Assembly: GCA_964492355.1 (NCBI GenBank)
Contig: CAZBKF010000002.1
Coordinates: 1 to 55,493 of the forward strand
Length of the DNA stretch: 55,493 bases
DNA from: an uncultured Rickettsiales bacterium
GTDB lineage: Bacteria > Myxococcota_A > UBA796 > UBA9615
Direction of reading: 5' to 3'
The notes below the pieces were generated by a model. That model did no database searches. It was not told where the DNA came from and was given only the letters and a program-made list of their open reading frames with translations. Made by a program: the position numbers and the translations under genes. Below are positions 36,232 to 44,857 of the stretch, in pieces; the stretch's first letter is position 1, and each line of letters begins with the position of its first letter.

Positions 36232-37468
36232 CCTTCGTCTGAGCTTCGCCAGCGCCGAGGGCGCCGATGCCCGCCAGTCGCGGCAGCTCGGCCGCCATCG
36301 CACCGCGGATCTCCAGGCTGTGGTGCGCGGCGAGGCCATCGGCCAGATCGAGCTCGGCGTGGCCCAGGACCCTCACCGCGATCTCCCACCCCGCGGCGGT
36401 TCCGGATATCCCGTGCCCCAGCACCTGGGGGGAGAACCGTACGGTCCCGTCGTCGGCGACGAAGGTGGCCCCTCCGGCGTGTTCCGGAGGCAGCTCGGTG
36501 GGCAGGAGCAGCACCGCTTCCGCCGCCGGCTGCAGCATGGCGGGCTCCAGGAACGCCGCCTGGTGCGCCCGGAAGGGGCAGCCAGGGACGGTCGAGGAGC
36601 GGATCTCGCCCACGATCCACGCCGCCGAGAGCCGCCCCAGGGACTCGGCCGTCGGAGCCTCCGCCGCCAGCGGCAGCCCCACCTCGAGTGCCCCCAGCAC
36701 GCCGGGGTGTCCATACACCAGGGTGTGGCGCACGTCGGTGGGCCAGGGCGCGTCGGGGTCTGCCTGCAGGGCGAGCACTCCGCGCCGACGCAGCGCGTCG
36801 ATCGTGTCCGGGAGCAGCGGGTGGCTGCCCCTCTGGATGACGGCGACCGGATCTCCCACATCCAGCTGGTCGAGCGAGGCGGTGCTGCCCCACTCCCCCA
36901 GGGTCTGCTGGGCGCGGTGCCGCAGCCGCCGCTCGGCGTCGGGCACGAGCAGGTCCACCTGGGGAGGCAGTCCGTCCCGATCCCGGCTCCGTCGCTCCAG
37001 CGCTCCAGCTGTGTGCGCCAGGACGTACAGGGTCTCCAGGTCGACGTCCGCGGGGTTCACGAGCAGGGACCAGGCTGACTCGGAGCGGCTGTCCCGAAGA
37101 CGCGCCTCCAGGAGGTGGGTCGCGTCGGTCCAGCTCAGGGGCTCGAAGCCCGCTGTCCCCGCCCGCCAGACCACCGGGGCGGAGAGTCGGCCGAGGCGAT
37201 GGAGCTGGGGTCGGCTCATCCCCCGAAGCGTCGAGACGTCCGCGAGCCGGGCGGGATCCAGGGCGTCGGCGGTGACCCGGGGCAGCCGCCGCAGCCTGCG
37301 ATCGCACAGGTGGCTGCCCTGCAGCACGTCGTCGCGCAGTCCCCCCGAGCCCAGGCTGCAGTCGTTGCACACCCCGTGCTTCAGCACGTCCCACGCGAAC
37401 CGCAGCCGGGCCCGGTTCGTCCAGAGCGCTCCGAAGGCCGGGGCGACGAGTCGGTCAGGTCGTGGCAC
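36212..37468 (-). CDS. Shortened YdeP/FdhF-like molybdopterin oxidoreductase alpha-subunit homologue
   Basis: The N-terminus (LKHGVCNDCSLGSGGLRDDVLQGSHLCDRRLRRLPRVTADALDP...GRLSAPVVWRAGTAGFEPLSWTDA) and a C-terminal block (AVLLLPTELPPEHAGGATFVADDGTVRFSPQV) resemble the ends of ~760-aa Fdh-alpha-like enzymes. This protein is only 418 aa. It lies adjacent and divergent to fdhD. Confidence 0.55.
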   Translation of the reverse strand: MPRPDRLVAPAFGALWTNRARLRFAWDVLKHGVCNDCSLGSGGLRDDVLQGSHLCDRRLRRLPRVTADALDPARLADVSTLRGMSRPQLHRLGRLSAPVVWRAGTAGFEPLSWTDATHLLEARLRDSRSESAWSLLVNPADVDLETLYVLAHTAGALERRSRDRDGLPPQVDLLVPDAERRLRHRAQQTLGEWGSTASLDQLDVGDPVAVIQRGSHPLLPDTIDALRRRGVLALQADPDAPWPTDVRHTLVYGHPGVLGALEVGLPLAAEAPTAESLGRLSAAWIVGEIRSSTVPGCPFRAHQAAFLEPAMLQPAAEAVLLLPTELPPEHAGGATFVADDGTVRFSPQVLGHGISGTAAGWEIAVRVLGHAELDLADGLAAHHSLEIRGAMAAELPRLAGIGALGAGEAQTKVIRAPR

Positions 37469-37491
37469 ACGCCGATGCTATATCGCCGCTG

Positions 37492-38316
37492 ATGAACCGA
37501 CCGATCAGAGAGCCGATCGCCCAGCGAGACGTCACGCGTGTCCAGGAGGGGCACGGGCAGCTGGTCTCTGACGACCTGGTCGTCGAAGAGCCCCTCGAGA
37601 TTCGCCTCGGGGACGAGTCGATCGCGGTGGTCATGAGGACCCCCGGGCACGACATGGAGCTGGCCGTGGGGTTCCTGTTCAGCGAGGGGATCCTCAAGGA
37701 TACCGACGACCTGAAGGCGGTGGAGTACTGCTCCGACGTGACGGCCGACGCCGCGGGCAACATCGTCCGGGTCATCGCCCCGTCCGCGGATCGGGCTGCC
37801 GCCGAGAAGGCCCGTCGGGACATCTACGCCTCCTCCTCCTGCGGACTCTGCGGAAAGACCACGCTGGACGCCGTGCGCCTCCTCGCCCCGCCTCTCGCGC
37901 CCCCGCAGGAGTACTCGGCATCGATCCTGGCGTCGCTCCCGGAGCGCATGCGGGCGGCCCAGTCGGTCTTCGCGCGCACCGGCGGCCTGCACGCGGCCGG
38001 GCTGTTCACTCCCCAGGGCGACCTGGTCCTGTGCCGGGAGGACATCGGACGCCACAACGCGTGTGACAAGGTCCTGGGGGCCATGGCGATGCGGGAGCTG
38101 TGGCCGCTGCCCAACCGGATCCTGATGCTGTCGGGGCGCGCCTCCTTCGAGATGCTCCAGAAGGCCGCGATGGCGGGCATCGGCACCGTGGTCGCCGTCT
38201 CCGCCCCGAGCTCGCTGGCCGTCGACTACGCCCGGGAGGCGGGCATGACCCTGGTGGGCTTCCTGCGCGGTTCGAGCATGAACGTGTACGCCGGGCAGGT
38301 GCTCCCTACGGGCTGA
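37492..38316 (+). CDS. fdhD: Formate dehydrogenase accessory sulfurtransferase FdhD
   Basis: MRTPGHDMELAVGFLFSEGI, SSSCGLCGK, GGLHAAGLF, EDIGRHNACDKVLG, LSGRASFEMLQKAAMAGI. The ATG at 37492 is preferred over the GTG at 37462, which would overlap the divergent gene. Confidence 0.9.
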   Translation: MNRPIREPIAQRDVTRVQEGHGQLVSDDLVVEEPLEIRLGDESIAVVMRTPGHDMELAVGFLFSEGILKDTDDLKAVEYCSDVTADAAGNIVRVIAPSADRAAAEKARRDIYASSSCGLCGKTTLDAVRLLAPPLAPPQEYSASILASLPERMRAAQSVFARTGGLHAAGLFTPQGDLVLCREDIGRHNACDKVLGAMAMRELWPLPNRILMLSGRASFEMLQKAAMAGIGTVVAVSAPSSLAVDYAREAGMTLVGFLRGSSMNVYAGQVLPTG

Positions 38317-39481
38317 CGTTCACCGCTGACCGCTGGTGCAGCGCGCGCCAGGTGTAGGCGGACACGTGCTTGTCGCCGCAGTACCCCATGAAGTCCGAGC
38401 ACTCGCCCGGCGGGTGCAGCTCGCCGGTGATCAGGTTCCAGCCCCACTCCTCGATCATCCCGTCGTCCCGGGGGTAGTCCAGGTCCGGGTCCGGCGGCTC
38501 GTTTCCCCCGGTGCAGGGGGCGTGGTAGCGCCCGTGGGCGTGGCCGAGCTCGTGGATGGCGATGTCTGCCAGGCGCTCCGGGTAGCCGAGCCCGGCGCCG
38601 ATGCGCTGGGTGGGGGTGCCCAGCCCGTCGGGTCCGTCGGGGTTCACCGGAGCGATGCCGCCGATGCAGAACGAAGAGCCGGAGCAGAACTCGTCCCGGG
38701 TCTCTGCCGGGTTCACCAGGCCGTAGTAGTAGACGTCGTCGGTCGGCGCCTCGAGGTCTCGAAGGGCGGCGACCCGCAGCGTCATGCCCAGCCACGACGC
38801 GTACTCGGGCCCGATGTCCGTCGTCAGCGGGACGGGCTCGTGCACGTCGATCTGCACGTCGGAGACGGGGTACACGCTCAGGATCCGATCCCGCAGCTCA
38901 TCGAGCATGGTCTCCGACGTGTCGGGCATGCGCCCCGAGCCGTCCGCCTCGTAGGAGTAGGGGACCAGGGTCATGCGCAGGACGTTCGCCCGGCCCTCGA
39001 TGTTGGTGCTGACGACGCCCTGGGCGGGGTGACGCGCGTCCAGGTTGTCCCCCGGCCCGTCGACCTGGAGCAGCTCCACCGACCAGTCGAGGGTCGGGCC
39101 CACCAGGTCGGCGGGCACCTCGAGGTTCACCGTGCTGTCGATGTCTCCGCGGTCCGAGGCCTCGGGGAGCCTGTCCAGCTCGACCTCGAAGGGCTCGCCG
39201 CCCACGGTGAACAGGGCCGTCACGGGGCCTCGGTCGTAGTCGCCGTCGGTCGTCACGAACACCCGCAGCAGCGTCGTGCGCTGCTCCACGAACGGCACGT
39301 CGCTGATCACGTCTTCGCCATCGACCACCAGGGTGCGCTCGACAGCCTGGTAGGCGGCGACCTCGTCGATGTGCACGCCCGCCGCGAGGTCCAGGGTGGG
39401 CTCCAGGCCCACGCAGCCAGCGAACAGGACGAGCACAGCCCCCAGGAGGAGCGACGGAGAGGGGCGCGCGGTCTGGATCAC
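38306..39481 (-). CDS. Metzincin-type zinc metalloprotease lipoprotein
   Basis: GTG at 39481 overlaps the hybrid kinase stop (GTGA). VIQTARPSPSLLLGAVLVLFAGC contains a lipobox. A perfect HExxHxxGxxH motif (HELGHAHGRYH) is encoded at 38522-38554. The rest of the 1022-aa track ORF is an out-of-frame read through the kinase gene. Confidence 0.8.
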   Translation of the reverse strand: MIQTARPSPSLLLGAVLVLFAGCVGLEPTLDLAAGVHIDEVAAYQAVERTLVVDGEDVISDVPFVEQRTTLLRVFVTTDGDYDRGPVTALFTVGGEPFEVELDRLPEASDRGDIDSTVNLEVPADLVGPTLDWSVELLQVDGPGDNLDARHPAQGVVSTNIEGRANVLRMTLVPYSYEADGSGRMPDTSETMLDELRDRILSVYPVSDVQIDVHEPVPLTTDIGPEYASWLGMTLRVAALRDLEAPTDDVYYYGLVNPAETRDEFCSGSSFCIGGIAPVNPDGPDGLGTPTQRIGAGLGYPERLADIAIHELGHAHGRYHAPCTGGNEPPDPDLDYPRDDGMIEEWGWNLITGELHPPGECSDFMGYCGDKHVSAYTWRALHQRSAVNVSP

Positions 39482-41583
39482 GCCAGCAGCGTACGGATCC
39501 GCTTGGTGAGCTGGGCGATCGTGAACGGCTTCTGGATCCAGCCGAGCCGGTCCGAGTCGTGCCCGATGTCGTCCAGGATCCCCTCGTCGTAGCCGGTCAT
39601 GAACAGGACGTGGGTGTCGGGAGCGAGCCGCGTGATCTCGGCGCAGACCTCGGCGCCGTTCATGTGGGGCAGCACCACGTCCACCAGCACGAGGTCGTAT
39701 CGGGCGGGATCCTCGGCGAAGCGGCTCACCCCCTGCTCGCCGTCCGCCGCCTGCCAGACCTCGTGGCCCAGGCGCATCAACGCGTTGACCACCGAGTTCC
39801 GCACGAACGCGTTGTCCTCCACCACCAGGATCTTGAGCGCCTCTTCGGGCCCCACCGGCGTCGCCGCCGCCGAGGCTGGCCCTGCGAGCTTGCCGGGATC
39901 GCACAACGGCAGATACACCGAGAACGTCGTGCCCTCGGCCGCCTCGGTGGTGAACGTGATGCTCCCTCCGTGGCGGGTGACGATGCTGTAGACGATCGAC
40001 AGCCCCAGCCCCGTGCCCTTCCCCAGCTTCTTGGTCGTGGCGAAGGGATCGAACAGCCGGTCCGCGATCTCCGCCGGGATGCCCGTGCCTTCGTCCGAGA
40101 TGGTGATCACCCCATAGGAGCCGGGAGCCAGCAGCTCCTTGCCGACGATGGTGGGCTCCGACAGCTCCTCCCGGCCGGTGGTGACGCGGATCCGGCCTCC
40201 GTCGGGCATCGCGTCCCGGGCGTTGCTCACCAGGTTCATCAGCACCTGGTCGATCTGACCTCGATCGACCTCGGCCGGGAGCACCTCCGGTGGTCCGAGG
40301 ACCATCTCGATGGGGACATCCGCCCGCAGGATCCGACCGAGGAAGCCCCGCAGGTCCTGGACGACGACGTTGAGATCCTGGGGTGCGACCACCGTGACCT
40401 GCTTGCGACCGAAGGACAGGAGCCGCGCCGTGAGCTCCGCCGCCATCCCCCTCAGCGAGCGCATCTCGTCGCAGTGGCCTCGGAGCTCGTCCGGCGCGCC
40501 GTCGATCATCGCGATGAGGTCGGTGACGCCCGCGATGCCCGTGAGGATGTTGTTGAAGTCGTGGGCGACGCCGCCGGCGAACTGTCCGATGGACTCCATC
40601 CGCCGCGCCTGGAGCAGGGTCTCTTCCAGGGCCCGCTGCTCGGTGATGTCGAGCGCCACGCTGACCAGGTAGACGACGGGCCCATCGGACTGCTCGGTCA
40701 GGGCGAAGCGGCCGGTGAGGTACCTCCGGTCTTCCCCGCCGGCCCTCAGGGTGCGCTCCCGGCGGGGCACCGCCCGCCCTGCCCTCAGCTCCTCGTCCTC
40801 GGCCAGCAGCGCGTCCCGCTCCACGCGGCTGACCAGGTCCGCGAGCTTGCGGCCTTCGACCGGACGCCCGCCCCCCAAGTCCTCCTGGAACCTCGAGCTG
40901 ACCCGGACGATGACCCCGTCCCGGTCCTGGATGCACAGCGGCAGCGGGGTGTGCGCGAGGATCCCCGCAAACTCGGTGGCCAGCGACTGCACGGGCCGCG
41001 AGACCGCCCGGCTGACCCGCACGACCACCACCATGCCCGCCACGGTCGCCAGCAGTCCGAACACGATCAGGGCGATGACGCCGGTTCGGAAGCGGTTGGC
41101 TGCTCGCTGGTGGGAGATGCCAACGCGGATCACGCCGATCACCCGATCCTCGAAGCCTCCCCGAAAGACCGTGACGACCTCTCGAACCGGCTGTCCGCCG
41201 ACCACGAGATCCCGGAACGCGGGCGACCCAGCCGTCGCGACAGGCGCCGGACCGAAGACCTCGGGCAGCTCTCCGGCCGCGGCGAAGACCGAGCCGTCCT
41301 TCTCCTCGATGCGCAGGTAGACGAGATCGGGCTGCTCTTCGATGTACTCCTCGATGAGGAGCTGGGCGTGCCACTTGCCCGAGAAGCTGACCCGGTGGAT
41401 CGACTTGCTCACCACCTGGGCGAGGGTGGCCGCGAGCTGGTTCTCATCCCGTTCGAGCTGTGCGTCCACGTAGAGCCAGCCCGCCCCCATGGCCGCCAGG
41501 ACCACGAGCAGCAGGCTGGCGCCAAATCGGAGCACCAGTCGTCGCTGGAGCGACCTGACGTACTGCAGCTCGGTCGTGGGCAC
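39478..41583 (-). CDS. Hybrid sensor histidine kinase / response regulator
   Basis: Two TM segments flank a periplasmic domain, followed by a PAS-like region. H-box GGVAHDFNNILTGI; HATPase motifs (NLVSNARDAM, DEGTGI, GTGLGL). C-terminal REC domain (ILVVEDN...DLVLVDVVLP). GTG start. Confidence 0.9.
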   Translation of the reverse strand: MPTTELQYVRSLQRRLVLRFGASLLLVVLAAMGAGWLYVDAQLERDENQLAATLAQVVSKSIHRVSFSGKWHAQLLIEEYIEEQPDLVYLRIEEKDGSVFAAAGELPEVFGPAPVATAGSPAFRDLVVGGQPVREVVTVFRGGFEDRVIGVIRVGISHQRAANRFRTGVIALIVFGLLATVAGMVVVVRVSRAVSRPVQSLATEFAGILAHTPLPLCIQDRDGVIVRVSSRFQEDLGGGRPVEGRKLADLVSRVERDALLAEDEELRAGRAVPRRERTLRAGGEDRRYLTGRFALTEQSDGPVVYLVSVALDITEQRALEETLLQARRMESIGQFAGGVAHDFNNILTGIAGVTDLIAMIDGAPDELRGHCDEMRSLRGMAAELTARLLSFGRKQVTVVAPQDLNVVVQDLRGFLGRILRADVPIEMVLGPPEVLPAEVDRGQIDQVLMNLVSNARDAMPDGGRIRVTTGREELSEPTIVGKELLAPGSYGVITISDEGTGIPAEIADRLFDPFATTKKLGKGTGLGLSIVYSIVTRHGGSITFTTEAAEGTTFSVYLPLCDPGKLAGPASAAATPVGPEEALKILVVEDNAFVRNSVVNALMRLGHEVWQAADGEQGVSRFAEDPARYDLVLVDVVLPHMNGAEVCAEITRLAPDTHVLFMTGYDEGILDDIGHDSDRLGWIQKPFTIAQLTKRIRTLLA

Positions 41584-41586
41584 GCC

Positions 41587-42651
41587 TCAGTCGCCGTGCC
41601 GCAGCACCCACTGCCAGGTGGGCTGGGTGCTCGGCCAGGGCTTCACGAAGGGCTCCGGCGGAGGCTGGTTCCAGCCGCGGAACTGCTGATGGGTCTCCTT
41701 GGTGATCGGGAAGACGGGCAGCAGCACCAGCGGCGGGACCTTGTCCCCCTGGAGCACTCGCCAGCCGAGCTTCATGCTCTCTGCGCCCAGCGCGCCGCAG
41801 AACTGCGCGGAGTCGATTCGCGTGATGCGCCCCGCGACGATGTTGGCCACCGAGGCGCTGTCGCCGTCGATGGTCGCGGCGATGATCTCGGTGCGGCCCG
41901 CCGCCGCCAGCGCGTCGACCACCGCGAGGCCCCCGCCGTCGTTCACGGTGAACACCGCGTCGATGGAGCCCTTGTCCGGGAAGGCCGCGAGCATCTTCTT
42001 GCCTGCCGCGGCGCCCCCCACCGGCTCGACCGCTTCGTAGCTCGCGAGCACCTTGAAGGGCTGCCCCGCGTCGCGCAGCGCGTCCATCAGCCCGTTGACC
42101 CGCTCCACCGTGGAGGACACGTGGGGGTACTCCACGAGCACGAGCCGGATCTCGTGCTCGGGGTGGAACATCGAGGCCAGGTACTCACCGTCGAGGTACC
42201 CCGCCTGGTGGTTGTCCGAGGTGAGGAAGGACGTGAGCTTGCCCTTGCCGGAGATGTACTGGTCGTAGGCGACGACGGGGATCCCTGCCTCGTTGGCCTT
42301 CACCAGGGGCGCCGCGAGGGCAGCGTTGTCCGTGGGCTGCACGATCAGCAGATCTGGTCGGAGATCGACCAGCTCGTTCATCTGCACGATCTGTCGTGCG
42401 ATGCCCTCGGGACCGTCGCCGGCGACCCGGGGGATCAGCTCCAGGCCTCGGGTCCCGCTGGCGGCGGCGGCGGCGTTCAGGGCGGTCGCTTCCCGCTCCA
42501 GGCCCTCCCGCATGGCCACCTGCCCGGGGATCTGCATGGACCAGTACAGGACGCCGACCCGGTATGGCGCAACGAGCGCCTCCCCAGCCCCCGACGTCGA
42601 GGGCAGGCAGAGGGTGACGGCGAGGAAGAGGAGGAGGAGCGGTGCCTTCAT
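41587..42651 (-). CDS. Periplasmic sugar-binding-protein-like (Peripla_BP/RbsB-type) solute-binding protein
   Basis: The ATG at 42651 gives the signal peptide MKAPLLLLFLAVTLCLPSTSGAG. The type I PBP pattern is present (VGVLYWS..., IVQPTDNAA, IPVVAYDQ, SDNHQAGY). It ends 3 nt before the hybrid kinase start. Confidence 0.75.
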   Translation of the reverse strand: MKAPLLLLFLAVTLCLPSTSGAGEALVAPYRVGVLYWSMQIPGQVAMREGLEREATALNAAAAASGTRGLELIPRVAGDGPEGIARQIVQMNELVDLRPDLLIVQPTDNAALAAPLVKANEAGIPVVAYDQYISGKGKLTSFLTSDNHQAGYLDGEYLASMFHPEHEIRLVLVEYPHVSSTVERVNGLMDALRDAGQPFKVLASYEAVEPVGGAAAGKKMLAAFPDKGSIDAVFTVNDGGGLAVVDALAAAGRTEIIAATIDGDSASVANIVAGRITRIDSAQFCGALGAESMKLGWRVLQGDKVPPLVLLPVFPITKETHQQFRGWNQPPPEPFVKPWPSTQPTWQWVLRHGD

Positions 42652-42697
42652 GGCTGCGCGGCAGGCTACCAAGGGCGGGGCCGAGTACACCCCGGGC

Positions 42698-43711
42698 TCA
42701 CCCCCCGATCTGGATCATGTTCCCCTCGAAGGGGTTGGTGCCGTCCTCGCCCGTGATGTGGGCGATGGGCTTGCGGAGGATCCCGGCGCGGATCGTCAGC
42801 TCCAGGTCGTCGTCGGACCCGCCGTTGCGCATCACGTCCCGCACCGAGACCATCTGGGGCTCGTAGGCGAGGCAGTTCTTCAGCCGGCCGTCGGACGTAA
42901 TCCGCACCCGGTTGCACGCCTCGCAGAACTGCCGGGAGAGCGCCCCGATGGCGCCGACGGTGACCTGGGTGCCGGCCACCGACCAGTAGTTGGCGGGGCC
43001 CGAGCCCTGGGGCCCTTGCACCGGCAGCAGCTCGAAGCGCTTCTCCAGTCGCTCCCGGGTCCGGGACCAGGGCACGAGGCTGAATCGGCTCTCTCCGAAC
43101 GGCATGTACTCGATGAACCGCACCGTCACCGGCAGGTGGGCGAATCGCTCGACGAAGGCGGTGACCTCGAGCTCGTTGAGGCCCTCGCAGACCACCACGT
43201 TCAGCTTCAGCGGGAGCCAGTCCAGGGCCACCACGGCCTCGATGCCCGCGAGCACGTCGTCCAGCCGATCCACCCGGGCCAGGGAGATGAAGCGCTCCCG
43301 GTCCAGGGTGTCGATGCTGATGTTCAGGCGGGTGAGGCCCGCTTCCTTGAGGGCGGGACCGATCTTCGCGAGGTTCCACCCGTTGGTGGTCATCGCCAGA
43401 TCCCGGAGCAGGGGCAGCGCTCCGAGGCGGCTCACCAGCTCGAGGATGTCCCGGCGCACCGTGGGCTCGCCGCCGGTGAGTCGGATCCGGTCGACCCCCA
43501 TCTCGGAGAGCACCCGACCGAGCCGTTCGATCTCCTCGAACGTCATCAGCTCGCTGCGCGCGGTGAACTCCACGCCCTCTTCGGGCATGCAGTAGACGCA
43601 CCGGAAGTTGCACCGGTCCGTCACGGACAGCCGGACGTAGTGGATGCGACGCCCGAAGGGGTCGATGATCGCGCCCCGAGGCGGCCGGGGCGGTGGAGGC
43701 GGTTGTCCCAT
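42698..43711 (-). CDS. moaA: GTP 3',8-cyclase (molybdenum cofactor biosynthesis protein A, radical SAM)
   Basis: ATG at 43711 (TGATG overlap with the mrp stop). YVRLSVTDRCNFRCVYCMPEEG contains CxxxCxxC. The C-terminus ends ...MIQIGG. 337 aa. Confidence 0.9.
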   Translation of the reverse strand: MGQPPPPPRPPRGAIIDPFGRRIHYVRLSVTDRCNFRCVYCMPEEGVEFTARSELMTFEEIERLGRVLSEMGVDRIRLTGGEPTVRRDILELVSRLGALPLLRDLAMTTNGWNLAKIGPALKEAGLTRLNISIDTLDRERFISLARVDRLDDVLAGIEAVVALDWLPLKLNVVVCEGLNELEVTAFVERFAHLPVTVRFIEYMPFGESRFSLVPWSRTRERLEKRFELLPVQGPQGSGPANYWSVAGTQVTVGAIGALSRQFCEACNRVRITSDGRLKNCLAYEPQMVSVRDVMRNGGSDDDLELTIRAGILRKPIAHITGEDGTNPFEGNMIQIGG

Positions 43712-44844
43712 CAAGCGGGATCGATAGCCTGCTCCAGCCCCTTCAGCCACTCGGCGATGTTTCCTGCGAGGGTCCCGAAGGCGTTGCTCGCGTCCGACTC
43801 CGGGGCGTCGAGCAAGACGGGGCGGCCCTTGTCGCCCGCCGCGCGCACCCGCGAGTCCATGGGGATCCGGCCCAGGAACGGTACCTCGAGGCGCTCCGCT
43901 TCCCGCTCGCCACCGCGCTCGCCGAAGGGATGGGAGAGCGCGTCGCAGTCGGGGCACCGCCAGCTGGCCATGTTCTCCACGAGCCCGATCACCGGCACGT
44001 CGAGGTTGCGGAACATCTCCAGACCCCGCGCCGCGTCGATCAAGGCGATGTCCTGGGGGGTGGAGACGATGATCGCCCCGTCCAGCACGGCCCTCTGCAC
44101 CAGGCTCAGCTGCACGTCGCCCGTGCCCGGGGGCAGGTCGATGACCAGCACGTCCAGGCCCGGCCACGCCGTCTTCTGGAGCATGTCCCGGACCATGCGC
44201 TGGACCAGCGGACCGCGCCACATGACCGACTTGTCGGGGTTCACCATCAACCCCAGGGAGAGGAACGGCAGCCCGTGGGCGCTGGGGGGCTGGAACACCC
44301 CCTCGGCGCGGGTGGGCGAGGCGAAGGAGCCGAGCATGGTCGGCAGCGACGGTCCGTAGACGTCCGCGTCGAGCAGCCCGGTGCGCAGCCCGCAGTCCCG
44401 CAGGGCCAGGGCGAGGTTCACGGCCACCGTCGACTTGCCGACGCCGCCCTTGCCGGACGCGACGGCGAGCACGCGACGCGCCCCCTGCACCGGCTTGGGA
44501 GTTGGCGTGCGGCCCCCCTTCTTCGGTCCGCTGATGCCCGCGCGCGAGCCGATCTCCTGGGGCGGCCCCCCTCGAGGGGCGATGCCCAGTCGGCCCCGAG
44601 CGCGCTCCTTGGGTGACGAGGTCGGTCGAGGCGCGAGCCACTGCAGATCTGCCTGGGCGGCGTCTGGTCCCAGGCGGCTGGCCAGGGCCGTCTCGAAGCG
44701 CAGCCGCTCGCTCCAAGACGCCGAGGAGCGCCCGCGGAGGACGAAGCCGCCCGAGTCTCGGGGCGCCGCGGCCACGAGGTGAGCGCCGACGTCGGTCGCC
44801 TCTGCGACCTCGAGCCAGGTGCGCCGGAGCTGATCGATGTTCAT
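43711..44844 (-). CDS. apbC: Mrp/ApbC/NBP35-family Fe-S cluster carrier ATPase
   Basis: VLAVASGKGGVGKSTVAVNLALAL, DADVYGPS, DLPPGTGD, and CPDCDALSHPFG (CxxC). Confidence 0.85.
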   Translation of the reverse strand: MNIDQLRRTWLEVAEATDVGAHLVAAAPRDSGGFVLRGRSSASWSERLRFETALASRLGPDAAQADLQWLAPRPTSSPKERARGRLGIAPRGGPPQEIGSRAGISGPKKGGRTPTPKPVQGARRVLAVASGKGGVGKSTVAVNLALALRDCGLRTGLLDADVYGPSLPTMLGSFASPTRAEGVFQPPSAHGLPFLSLGLMVNPDKSVMWRGPLVQRMVRDMLQKTAWPGLDVLVIDLPPGTGDVQLSLVQRAVLDGAIIVSTPQDIALIDAARGLEMFRNLDVPVIGLVENMASWRCPDCDALSHPFGERGGEREAERLEVPFLGRIPMDSRVRAAGDKGRPVLLDAPESDASNAFGTLAGNIAEWLKGLEQAIDPA

Positions 44845-44857
44845 CGAGATCCCGTGC

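Noticed and set aside
39482-41374. Upstream part of the 1022-aa ORF 38306-41374
   Set aside because: It is an out-of-frame read through the hybrid kinase gene. The real metalloprotease starts at GTG 39481, with a lipobox signal peptide and GTGA coupling.
39559-42756. 1065-aa plus-strand ORF
   Set aside because: It lies antisense to the hybrid histidine kinase and binding-protein genes, both with unambiguous motifs on the minus strand.
43712-44716. Upstream part of the 672-aa ORF 42698-44716
   Set aside because: It overlaps the mrp/apbC gene in another frame. MoaA starts at ATG 43711, giving the normal ~337 aa.
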